A DNA stretch of 64,000 nt from Planctomycetota bacterium (GTDB taxonomy: Bacteria; Planctomycetota; Phycisphaerae; WQYP01). The DNA lies in the NCBI GenBank assembly GCA_021819825.1, contig JAKAEZ010000005.1, forward strand, positions 6,542 through 70,541. The letters are read 5' to 3'. The notes under the pieces are model-generated. The model did not search any database. It had not been told where the DNA came from and saw nothing but the letters and a program-made list of their open reading frames with translations. The position numbers were made by a program, and so were the translations under genes. The first letter of the stretch is position 1, and each line of letters begins with the position of its first letter. Below are positions 44,099-53,103 of this stretch, piece by piece.

Positions 44099-44353
44099 TC
44101 AGCCCAGAAACATTTCCGATGGGCATGAATCCGCACATTCCTCACGGCAGTCGTCCATCGGAATGGTCTGGTTGACTTTTTTGGGCAGTCCACCAGATTG
44201 CGAAGCGAATGAAACAGGATAGGTCGAAACGCGACCCCGTCCCGCAACACTGCGCTGTGCAGGAACGTCGGTCAGCTCAGAACGCCGCGTTGCACTGGCG
44301 ATCGGCTGGGCATCAGGCTTGCCGCCTACGAACATGTAATCTTGATTTGCCAT
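44099..44353 (-). CDS. Orphan 84-aa protein with an acidic, Cys-rich C-terminus
   Basis: AAGGAG lies 6 nt upstream of the ATG (complement of 44351-44353). It has its own near-consensus promoter and follows a terminator. Sequence: MANQDYMFVGGKPDAQ...IPMDDCREECADSCPSEMFLG. No family recognised. Confidence 0.55.
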   Translation of the reverse strand: MANQDYMFVGGKPDAQPIASATRRSELTDVPAQRSVAGRGRVSTYPVSFASQSGGLPKKVNQTIPMDDCREECADSCPSEMFLG

Positions 44354-44412
44354 GGCAAGCTCCTTATGTTGTGGCAAACGGTCGGAGTTGCTCGGTCTTT
44401 CCACTGGTTGAC

Positions 44413-44441
44413 ATTATACACTGCGACTCCTTCAGCATCAA
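44413..44441 (-). promoter_or_regulatory. Sigma-70-type promoter of the orphan small gene
   Basis: The minus strand reads TTGATG (44441-44436), a 17-nt spacer, then TATAAT (44418-13). Confidence 0.55.
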
Positions 44442-44442
44442 C

Positions 44443-44476
44443 AAAAAAATGCCGAAATTTTCGGCTAAGTTTTTTA
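44443..44476. terminator. Bidirectional intrinsic terminator
   Basis: GCCGAAAATTTTCGGC palindrome (44451-44466) flanked by A7 (44443-44449) and T6 (44471-44476). Confidence 0.65.
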
Positions 44477-44630
44477 TGGCGTCCCACGCGATTACACTGG
44501 TGTAATTCACGCTTGGCAGACCGCGTTAAAGTTCGCATCCTCTGCCAGTGCGCGGGTAGACTGAAGGTTCATCACTCCCCTTCCAAATCCTCTGCCTGAT
44601 TTCTGTGTCGGCAGAAAATCGTCATTTTCT

Positions 44631-46259
44631 TTAATTTTTATCTTTGGGAGCGGCACGAGATGCCTTTTGCACCGCAGCGATGAGCGCCTCCGCACGACCC
44701 GTGAGTTTTACATAGTACCATCCTGCCGCGGCACGAAAGCCGTCACTGCGTCCTAAGCCATAAAGAGCAATATTCCGCAAAACAGAAAGTTCAACCTTTT
44801 TGTTCTCGCGCGCCAGCTCCATAGCTGCAAACTCACGAATCTTACGCGAATCCCGCTTTAGTAATTGCTTCCACCATGGCTGAATTAATGTCGAAAAATT
44901 TCTATGGTGGCTCTGAATCATGCCGGCCAATGCCGCTTCCACAATTCCCGCATTGGGAGAATCCAGATCGGCGGATAATATTTTTCGCTCCGCATTGCCG
45001 TCGTTATTGGCCAGTATTGTCGCGGCTGCCACAGCGCGTCGAAAATCCGTATCTTGACCATCTCCCGCGGCGGTGGCGTAGTTAATTAAAGCTGTCAATA
45101 TCGTCAGGCGATGCGGCGTAGCGTTGTTATCCGCATAGGCTAATGCCCAGTTTAAGAAAATGGGCTGCCCCTGCTCAATGAGCGATAAAATCCCCAGCAG
45201 TGGATCTTTACCTGATACGCACGCCGCGGCCGTCCGGGCGATACCGGTTAAAAGCGGGGAATCTGTCTGCCGCAGAGCTTGGACATCCGACAATGCCAAC
45301 CCCTTGGGATATTGGATGGCCAGTAAGCCCAATTCAATTTTATCAATAGTCCCCTTAGCGTCCTTCAGCATCGCGGCCAACAGCTTGGGGGCCATGGGAT
45401 TATTCAATACCAGTAACGACTGCACTGCCCGACGGCGCAAAGACCATGGGTTTTTATTTGCACGCGCGATTTCAGCGGCCCACGGTGCAGCAGCCGTGAT
45501 TTTCTGGGCCGCCACCCGGGCCAGAAGGGCATCTTTCAAGTCCAACAGCCGCGGTGCTGTGCGTGCCGCCAATTGCATCAGTAGTTTAAGGCCGCGTTCC
45601 GCCTGTCCGGGTTGTTTACATTGCAAGAGTGTCAATGCGGCGTAATAGCGCGTGGCGTCCGTTTGACTTCGCGTCAGCGCGTCAAGCACCTTAATCACCT
45701 GTGCGGATTTTCCGCGATTAACTAATTCAGAAGCGGCCATGAGTTTTTGTGACGGTTCAATGGCCTTATGAACTATCTCCATGAGTTGCGCCGAAGTAAT
45801 GTGCCCGGATTGAATCATCACTGCCAAAGACGGTCCGATTAACCGTGGAATGGGAATTGCTAGAAATTTTTCGACGTTAATAAGCTGCGGATTTTTGCTT
45901 ACGGCATTGGCATCCAGCAGACCGATGAGTTGCAACTCCGGCGATCGCGCGTGGCTAATCGTCAAGAAAAACGGCTCTAATCCGGGGTCATCCGTTGATT
46001 TCAGCGATCCCATGACAATGGAGCCAGTCATGCCCGGAACCAGGGCGGATTTGAATAGTTTTAGCGTTTCATTAAAAACTGGACCGCTCGTATTGACTGC
46101 GGCTTTTGTCGCCGGCAGCGCCGATTTTGCGGGATCCGCCACAGACGCGGTAACCCCCTGCACGCTGGCAGCGGTCAATGCTCCCCCCGCCACAAGCCCG
46201 CCACTGGCCGCAACCGCCAAGGCGATAATACAACACCTATAAGACCGATTTTTACCCAT
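44631..46259 (-). CDS. Exported HEAT/ARM-repeat protein
   Basis: Signal peptide from the internal ATG 46259 (MGKNRSYRCCIIALAVAASGG...). The rest is long, Ala/Leu-rich and repetitive alpha-helical. No enzymatic motif. Confidence 0.6.
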   Translation of the reverse strand: MGKNRSYRCCIIALAVAASGGLVAGGALTAASVQGVTASVADPAKSALPATKAAVNTSGPVFNETLKLFKSALVPGMTGSIVMGSLKSTDDPGLEPFFLTISHARSPELQLIGLLDANAVSKNPQLINVEKFLAIPIPRLIGPSLAVMIQSGHITSAQLMEIVHKAIEPSQKLMAASELVNRGKSAQVIKVLDALTRSQTDATRYYAALTLLQCKQPGQAERGLKLLMQLAARTAPRLLDLKDALLARVAAQKITAAAPWAAEIARANKNPWSLRRRAVQSLLVLNNPMAPKLLAAMLKDAKGTIDKIELGLLAIQYPKGLALSDVQALRQTDSPLLTGIARTAAACVSGKDPLLGILSLIEQGQPIFLNWALAYADNNATPHRLTILTALINYATAAGDGQDTDFRRAVAAATILANNDGNAERKILSADLDSPNAGIVEAALAGMIQSHHRNFSTLIQPWWKQLLKRDSRKIREFAAMELARENKKVELSVLRNIALYGLGRSDGFRAAAGWYYVKLTGRAEALIAAVQKASRAAPKDKN

Positions 46260-46521
46260 AGCCAAGCCACGCTCCTGCAAAACCAGCCCTCTATGATAAG
46301 CGAAGCCGACAAATTGCAGAATTAACTGCCCAGTGGCCGGGAATAGTAGTGTCATCGACTACGGCCTAAATAAAAATCCCACCCGTAGCCGATAAAATCG
46401 CGACGCCGTATCTCCGCAAGCATGGCGGCAGTGATGCCTCAGTTTTAAGACCAAGGCGTCGCGTTGTGTCCGGGCCTCTAGGAGCCTTGACCACATTCGG
46501 TGCATTCGCTAGCGTATTTTG

Positions 46522-47292
46522 ATGGTGACGTGGAATGCTGAACAGTATCTGAAATTCGCCGACGAAAGGTCGCGGCCGTGCCGAGATCTTATTGGGCGCA
46601 TTGCGCTGGGGGCACCGAAAGATATTGTTGATTTGGGATGTGGGCCGGGCAATAGCACAGCGGCACTGGTAAAGCGGTGGCCGGAAGCGGAAATAACCGG
46701 GCTGGACAGTTCGGCCGAAATGATTGCTTCGGCCCGTGGAGCATATCCGGAGCAGCAATGGATTGAAGCGGATATTTCCACATGGAAGGCCACCAAGCCG
46801 GTTGATCTGATTTTTTCAAATGCGGCTCTGCAATGGGTAGACCGGCACGAGCAGTTACTGCCGAGACTTATGGTAATGCTGAACCCCGGCGGTGCGATGG
46901 CGGTTCAGATGCCGGCGAATTATCACACAGCGCCGGCCCACCGCGCAATGCGCGAACTGGCGGCAGGAGGTCGATGGCGGGATAAATTCCCTTCCGAAGT
47001 TCGACGGTGGCATTGCCACGAGCCGGATTTTTATTATGGTGTGTTGCAGACCGTTTCACCTAAACTGGATATATGGACAAGTGAATATATCCATATACTC
47101 AACGGCCATGAGGATATCGTGCAGTGGTATATCGGTACAGGCCTGCGGCCTTATCTGGAGGTTCTGGCTGAATCAGAACGCAAGGATTTTATTGCAGCGT
47201 ATCAGAAGCGGATCACCGCCGACTATCCCAGGCAACCTGACGGACATGTGCTATTCCCATTTCGGAGACTGTTTTTTATTGCGTACCGGTGA
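46522..47292 (+). CDS. tam: Trans-aconitate 2-methyltransferase
   Basis: WNAEQYLKFADERSRPCRDLIGRI...VDLGCGPGNSTAALVKRWPEAEITGLDSS is collinear with E. coli Tam (recalled from memory). Confidence 0.85.
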   Translation: MVTWNAEQYLKFADERSRPCRDLIGRIALGAPKDIVDLGCGPGNSTAALVKRWPEAEITGLDSSAEMIASARGAYPEQQWIEADISTWKATKPVDLIFSNAALQWVDRHEQLLPRLMVMLNPGGAMAVQMPANYHTAPAHRAMRELAAGGRWRDKFPSEVRRWHCHEPDFYYGVLQTVSPKLDIWTSEYIHILNGHEDIVQWYIGTGLRPYLEVLAESERKDFIAAYQKRITADYPRQPDGHVLFPFRRLFFIAYR

Positions 47293-47420
47293 GCTGCGGA
47301 AACTTAAAATTACCCAAGTTGCCGCGTACAGCGAATACGGCAATCTCGGATGTTTTTGATGTGGAATAACTTTGATATAATCGTAGATAGGTAATATCCC
47401 GGCTTTCAGGAGAAACGACA

Positions 47421-49883
47421 ATGAAAGGTTTGTCTCGCAGAAAACTTATGACTGGTGCCGCCGCGGGTTCGGCGATGCTGCTGGCGCACCGGGCGGCACG
47501 GGCGACAATTCCCCAGGGGCGGCAAACCGGATACGCTTCACCGGGCACGGGTGCCATGAAGGCGTATGATTTTGATTTGGCCGATGTGAAAATTCTGCCC
47601 GGGCCGTTTCATGAGAACATGACCCGTGATCTGAATTATCTGCTGGCCTACGATTGCAACCGTCTGCTGGCCTCCTTTCAAAAAGTGGCGGGTATCGCTC
47701 CCAAGGCTCCGAATTTAGGGGGATGGGACAGCGCGGGGCAAGCAGGCACCATTTGCGGACATTACCTTTCGGCCTGTGCGATGATGTATTCCCATACCCG
47801 TGATCATCGCCTGCTGGAGAAAATTGATTATTTGCTGCCCCGTCTGGCGGAATGCCAAAAAGCCAATGGTAAAAGCGACCCGCAATTTAAGGGCTATTGT
47901 GCGGGGTTGCCGGCCAGCGTTGCGGCCTTCAAAAAGGCTCTGGCCGGTGACATCAACGTGGGCAATCCCAAAGCGCTTTTTACCTTTTCACTTAATGGCA
48001 TGTGGTCACCGTGGTATTCCATCCATAAAATCATGGCGGGCCTGCGCGATACGTGGCTTTATACCGGGCGTCCGCAGGCGAAGGATATTCTTATTGGTCT
48101 GGCGGATTGGAGCGCCCAATTTCCGCGCAAGCTTACTGAATCACAGATGCAGATCATGCTGATCAGTGAACAGGGCGGAATGAATGAAGTGTTGGCGGAT
48201 GTGTACAGCATTACCGGGAATCGCAAATATCTAAAAATCGCGGAGGCTTTTAATGAAAAATCCCAGCTTGATCCCCTGATGCACAGAAGGGATATTCTCA
48301 CCGGTTGCCATTCCAATCAGTATATTCCCCGCGTCATTGGCATTGCCCGGCAGTATGAACTCGGCGGCCGGCAGCGCTATCGCACGGGTGCGGAATTTTT
48401 CTGGGAAACGGTCGTCCGCCATCGCAGTTACGTATTTGGCGGCAACAGCAACCACGAATACTTTTTCCCACTGGGCGATGCCTGGCAGCAGCTAAGTGTG
48501 GGCACTGCTGAGACCTGCTGCACCTATAACATGCTGAAACTCACCGGCCATTATTTCTGCTGGAACGCCACCATGGAAGCCGCGGACTTTTTTGAGCGTG
48601 CTTTGGTGAATCATATTTTAGGCTCGCAGGATCCAGACACCGGCATGATGACGTATTACATCTCCATGCGTCCGGGCCATTTTAAGACGTTCAACACCCC
48701 GTGGGATTCCTGCTGGTGCTGCATGAGTACCGGCATGGAGAATCACGCCAAGTATGCGCGGGGCGTTTATTACCACAATGATAAAACTTTATGGATCAAC
48801 TTGTTTCTTGCCTCGGAACTCAATTGGAAGGCCGCCGGCATGACCGTACGCCAGAGCACGCGTTTTCCTGATGATGGCAAGGTACGCATGGATTTTACCT
48901 GCGAAAAATCCACCGAGGCGCTTATTAAACTTCGACACCCTTATTGGTCGACTCCGTCGATGGTCGTTCGTCTTAATGGGAAGCAGATCAGTGCGGGCAA
49001 TCCAGGCGAATATCTGGACCTTAACCGAACGTGGAATAATGGCGACAAACTGGAGATTGAACTTAAAATGCCATTGCGCATTGAACGCATGGCCCACCAT
49101 CCCTCCACGTTTGCTATTCTGGCCGGCCCGACCGTGCTGGCGGCCCCTTTGGGTAATGATCTGATGCTACCCCCGGTGCCGTATGCCAATGGCAATCAAT
49201 ATGAATGGGCCAATGTTGCTGATCCAGAGACCATTCCGCAATTGCTTGTGGATCAGGCTCCGGTAGACCAATGGGTAAAGCCTGATCCGCACAAACCGCT
49301 GGTCTGGCATACGCATGGCGTAGGTCGGCCACATGATGTAAAACTTGTACCGTTTTATAAAGTAGCCCATGAACGCTATGTGGTTTATTTTAATCCGCTA
49401 ACGCAAAATCAATGGCTCCAGGAAAAACGGCTTGAGGCCCAACGCAAAAAAACACAACAACTGATTCATCACGGCACCGTGGATCGGCTGATTATCGGGA
49501 ATGCTGCATCGCTTGCGGCTCATCAACTCCGTGATCAGATAAATGTGGATCAAGGACATTCACCGGAAGGCCGCTGGATCGACGCCCATGATGGCGGAGG
49601 TTTCACTTTTAACCTGAAAGTGTTACCGGATGCACCCATGGCTCTAGCCTGTACCTGGTGGGGAAGCGATAACGGTGCGCGAAAATTCAACATTCTGGTT
49701 GACGGGCACCCCATCGCCACGCAGGTGCTGGAAAACATCGACCCGGGCCGGCTGGATACCCTGCTATACGACATTCCGCGCACAATAACCCACGGCAAAA
49801 CAACCATCACCGTTCGCCTGCAAGCCGATCCGGGCAACTTCGCCGGCGGCCTATTCGACTGCCGCAGCATCAGGCTGCGGTGA
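47421..49883 (+). CDS. Tat-exported GH127-family (DUF1680, beta-L-arabinofuranosidase-like) glycoside hydrolase
   Basis: Twin-arginine signal SRRKLMTGAAAGSAML. ...NHEYF... and ...WDSCWCCMSTGMENHAKY... (the Cys-Cys motif of GH127). Confidence 0.75.
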   Translation: MKGLSRRKLMTGAAAGSAMLLAHRAARATIPQGRQTGYASPGTGAMKAYDFDLADVKILPGPFHENMTRDLNYLLAYDCNRLLASFQKVAGIAPKAPNLGGWDSAGQAGTICGHYLSACAMMYSHTRDHRLLEKIDYLLPRLAECQKANGKSDPQFKGYCAGLPASVAAFKKALAGDINVGNPKALFTFSLNGMWSPWYSIHKIMAGLRDTWLYTGRPQAKDILIGLADWSAQFPRKLTESQMQIMLISEQGGMNEVLADVYSITGNRKYLKIAEAFNEKSQLDPLMHRRDILTGCHSNQYIPRVIGIARQYELGGRQRYRTGAEFFWETVVRHRSYVFGGNSNHEYFFPLGDAWQQLSVGTAETCCTYNMLKLTGHYFCWNATMEAADFFERALVNHILGSQDPDTGMMTYYISMRPGHFKTFNTPWDSCWCCMSTGMENHAKYARGVYYHNDKTLWINLFLASELNWKAAGMTVRQSTRFPDDGKVRMDFTCEKSTEALIKLRHPYWSTPSMVVRLNGKQISAGNPGEYLDLNRTWNNGDKLEIELKMPLRIERMAHHPSTFAILAGPTVLAAPLGNDLMLPPVPYANGNQYEWANVADPETIPQLLVDQAPVDQWVKPDPHKPLVWHTHGVGRPHDVKLVPFYKVAHERYVVYFNPLTQNQWLQEKRLEAQRKKTQQLIHHGTVDRLIIGNAASLAAHQLRDQINVDQGHSPEGRWIDAHDGGGFTFNLKVLPDAPMALACTWWGSDNGARKFNILVDGHPIATQVLENIDPGRLDTLLYDIPRTITHGKTTITVRLQADPGNFAGGLFDCRSIRLR

Positions 49884-50030
49884 TGAATGCTGCGGCAGCA
49901 GTTGGACCGGGGGCCAGTCTCCACGGTTGGGTCCGAGCAAGCAAGGCCTGCCACATTGCGGCAATCAACACCGCTCCGGAGCCACTTGGTACTGGAAAGC
50001 GTGAACGGCAATCCGAGACCCGGTGGATCT

Positions 50031-50304
50031 CTAGTGCTCTGTCACGCCTAAATATTAGGATTGACGGAGGGCCAGGGGGCTGTGGGCGCGAAGCGAGGAG
50101 GATTGTGTATGGGAACATACATTGACGACAAGCGACAAAGCCCACGGCCCCCTGGCCCCCGCCCCGCGGGGTTGGCCGCAAACGCCCCATCTGCGGCGTC
50201 GCAGCAGCTCAAGGGGTCTACGGACCGGGTTTTCGCCGCTGCTTCTTGCATCTGGGGCCTTTGCGGCCAATCAATCCTAATATTTAGGCGTGACAGAGCA
50301 CTAG
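50031..50304 (+). ncRNA. Unclassified structured RNA element, copy 2 (274 nt)
   Basis: Perfect 34-bp closing helix 50031-50064/50271-50304. Same helix architecture and conserved single-stranded blocks as copy 1, with a GGAA (GNRA) loop and a UACG loop. 13 of 34 closing-helix positions differ from copy 1, and every one is compensated. Confidence 0.75.
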
Positions 50305-50485
50305 ACGGATAGACCGAGTTGGCTCGGCCCTAATGGTTGTTAAAAGGAGCCGCTGCCGGGCGCCTATGTTGATTTATTGACACCGGGCGCTTTGCCGCCA
50401 AAGCTCCGAACCACAGTGCTTTCCGAGACACAACCGGTATGAACGTAAACGGCCCGATGGACTAAATCTGGAACCCGGATCGTTC

Positions 50486-51472
50486 TCATGGGTTGCGCGG
50501 TGGGCCGAAGCCAAAGCCTGGAGGTGGGCCAAAGCCTGGGGGACCGAATGGACGTAGGCCTTGACCTCTTTGATACCGCCCTCGCCGTAATCGTCGGGGC
50601 GGCTGTTTGTAGAAGCTGTGGTCGGGCGTGCCGCGGAAGAAGCGGGATATCTGCGGGAAATTGTAGGTGACAACATAATAAAATGTGCCGTGCGGGTATT
50701 CCGGTGTAATCCCATACCGGCCATTGGCCTGATCCAGATCGCCCAGGCCCGGGACATAATGGAAGTCTCCCTCGAAGGTGCCGTCGTACTTACCGCCGGG
50801 TCCGCTCGGCGGATTGGGACGATTGCCGGTTTTGAGTTGATAACTGGATTTCAGCAGCTTGATCCCGCTGGAGCTATCGTGTGGATTTTTGTACCCCCAC
50901 GGCCCGTACATTGGAAATCCATCGGCAGCAAAGCCAATCAGACAGACTTTTCCCCAACCGCGGCGCTGCCGAATCAGATCGGTGGGTACACCGTGGTAGT
51001 GATACGTGCCGTCCCCCTGCACATGGGCGTGGCTTTGATCCAATCCTAACCGAAGATGACCGGTCAACAGACAATAATTCCAGATGGAACCGCGCTGGTT
51101 ATTCCAGAAGGCGGCTGTACCCGGATCAAATGGTACGCCGTCAAGACCGACGCCAAAAATAATTCTGTTCACCAGGGGTTTGAGAAAATGATTTTCGCGA
51201 GGACTTAGCGGCATGCGGAAATGAAAATTTTGCGGTTGGATTGTATTGGGGCATCCTCGGTCAGGAAACTTTCCAACCGGATGATTGGGAATATCGTTGC
51301 ATGTGATATAGCGGTAACCTCCGCGGATCGTCATTTGAAAAATGCTTTTGTCCGTAAGCGTAACATCGGGGTCAACAAACGCGCGGGCGTTTGATGCTGT
51401 TTCGGCCACAGCCGCAGCCATTCCCATTGCCTGCAAAAACGTGCGTCGTGTCTGAGGTGTTGTAAGTTCCAT
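50486..51472 (-). CDS. Tat-exported YHYH-domain protein
   Basis: Twin-arginine signal TRRTFLQAMGMAAA. GDGTYHYHGVP motif. Gly/Pro/Phe-rich C-terminal tail. Confidence 0.75.
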   Translation of the reverse strand: MELTTPQTRRTFLQAMGMAAAVAETASNARAFVDPDVTLTDKSIFQMTIRGGYRYITCNDIPNHPVGKFPDRGCPNTIQPQNFHFRMPLSPRENHFLKPLVNRIIFGVGLDGVPFDPGTAAFWNNQRGSIWNYCLLTGHLRLGLDQSHAHVQGDGTYHYHGVPTDLIRQRRGWGKVCLIGFAADGFPMYGPWGYKNPHDSSSGIKLLKSSYQLKTGNRPNPPSGPGGKYDGTFEGDFHYVPGLGDLDQANGRYGITPEYPHGTFYYVVTYNFPQISRFFRGTPDHSFYKQPPRRLRRGRYQRGQGLRPFGPPGFGPPPGFGFGPPRNP

Positions 51473-51639
51473 GATATGGCTCCTTTCATAATTCCATACA
51501 CGGGCGGCCTGCGTTCCGAAGGTTTAGTAGCACAAAGGCTGGAATTGGTTTCATTTTTTTTTGGTATGACAATGTGAGGGCTGGCGGAGGGCCGGTGCGT
51601 TCCATCCCCCCTTTCCCGGCGTCCAGTAATTGGTCGGGC

Positions 51640-52461
51640 TTATCGGATTATTTTCTGACATCGCACGCAATAGACCGTGGTGCGGCCACCAATGACATTG
51701 GACGTCAGTTTGGCTCCGCAGCGCAGACATGGCTTGCCTGCGCGGCCGTAGACGCACAAGCTCTGGGCAAATTGGCCGCGCTGTTGGGCGACGTTGCGAT
51801 AATCACGCAAGGTTGTGCCACCCATGCTGATGGATTTGTTTAATACCGCATGGATGGCATCCGCAAGGACCGCATGATGCCGGGGTCTGATTTTGCTTAG
51901 TACCTGCAGCGGATGAAGCTGCGCCAGCCAAAGTGACTCATCAACATAGATATTTCCCAGCCCCGCGACAGTCCGTTGGGATAGCAGATGAGATTTCAGG
52001 CGACTGTGCATGGTACGCCATGGCGCAAAATGCCCTGCGGTAATAGCCAAGGCATCCACGCCCATTTTTCCGGTAATTTCGGCCTTTTCCGCAGCTGCCC
52101 AGTGAGGATAGTGCCACAGGCCGCCGAAGCGCCGCGGGTCGCGCATACGAAATTCCAAGCCCGTAGCCAGAAGCATGGAAAAATGCGTGTGCGGCGCAAG
52201 CGGCGTTGCACGTTCGCAGCAGTCAATGCGACCGCTCATTCCCAGATGAATCAGCAATACCTGGCCGTCATCAAAAATGCAAAAGAGTTTTTTTCCGTGC
52301 CGAGCGGTATGGTGAACCTTACGGCCAATCAGAGAGTGAAGTGATCCGGCACCGGCGCGAATATAGCTTTTCCGGCTGATTTTAATATCAACAATTGGCA
52401 CATTGAGCACAAATGGCTCAAGCGTGCGACGCACTTCCTGAACTTCGGGAAGCTCCGGCAT
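51640..52461 (-). CDS. mutM: Formamidopyrimidine-DNA glycosylase
   Basis: MPELPEV N-terminus and a C-terminal zinc finger CLRCG...YCVRCQ. Confidence 0.9.
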   Translation of the reverse strand: MPELPEVQEVRRTLEPFVLNVPIVDIKISRKSYIRAGAGSLHSLIGRKVHHTARHGKKLFCIFDDGQVLLIHLGMSGRIDCCERATPLAPHTHFSMLLATGLEFRMRDPRRFGGLWHYPHWAAAEKAEITGKMGVDALAITAGHFAPWRTMHSRLKSHLLSQRTVAGLGNIYVDESLWLAQLHPLQVLSKIRPRHHAVLADAIHAVLNKSISMGGTTLRDYRNVAQQRGQFAQSLCVYGRAGKPCLRCGAKLTSNVIGGRTTVYCVRCQKIIR

Positions 52462-52497
52462 GTAGCTGATCCAGTTGCGGCCCCCGAGGCAGCGTGA

Positions 52498-52899
52498 TTA
52501 CTGTGCAGCCGGGGCCGGGTTAAGTAATTTATCCATGGATGTAATAAGCCGATCAATGCGGAAGGGTTTGTTGATGTAATCATCAACACCCAGAGTTTCC
52601 GCATAGGTTTTATGGCGTGTGCCCATATTGCCGGTGATCATGATAACAAAGGGTTTACTGCCTTTGGGTTTGCGCGCTTTGATGCGTTCCACGACCAGAA
52701 AGCCGCTGCGTTTGGGCAACATCATGTCCAGCACAATAAGGTCGGGTTGATCTTTTTCCGCCATTTCCACCGCGGTATTGCCGTCGCCCGCGGAAATAAC
52801 TTTGGCTCCCGTGGTTGATAAGGCGGCGGTGATGGTTGCCAGTACGTCCGCATCATCATCCACAACCAGAACCGTTTTATCTTTGAATTGTTCGCTCAT
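52498..52899 (-). CDS. Single-domain response regulator (CheY-like receiver)
   Basis: KTVLVVDDD...PDLIVLDMMLP...VIMITG... Start set at ATG 52899. Confidence 0.85.
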   Translation of the reverse strand: MSEQFKDKTVLVVDDDADVLATITAALSTTGAKVISAGDGNTAVEMAEKDQPDLIVLDMMLPKRSGFLVVERIKARKPKGSKPFVIMITGNMGTRHKTYAETLGVDDYINKPFRIDRLITSMDKLLNPAPAAQ

Positions 52900-53103
52900 A
52901 ATCAATCCTTTTGCCGCAACGCGGGCACTTATGGTTACATTCACCTGTTCCAACTGATTTGCACCAGAGGAATCCGCCATCAACTCCGGAGCTTAATATT
53001 AATAAGCCCATGGTTGAACTATATACCTTATAGCCGGCACGCCATCGCTGCAAGCGCTTTTTCGGCACTTTCCGGCAGGCCAATTATAGGCTGGTTCCCC
53101 GCA

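Noticed and set aside
39054-44353. Idea that the Cys-rich 84-aa ORF (44099-44353) is a RiPP precursor for the radical SAM/SPASM enzymes
   Set aside because: The enzymes resemble tetrapyrrole-tailoring NirJ/Ahb proteins rather than peptide maturases. The small gene is on the opposite strand, more than 2.5 kb away behind NMO and rex, and has its own promoter and terminator.
51571-51600. Possible third fragment of the RNA element (GGCGGAGGGCCGGTG)
   Set aside because: Only about 10 nt of similarity to the GACGGAGGGCCA block. None of the helices or other conserved blocks is present.
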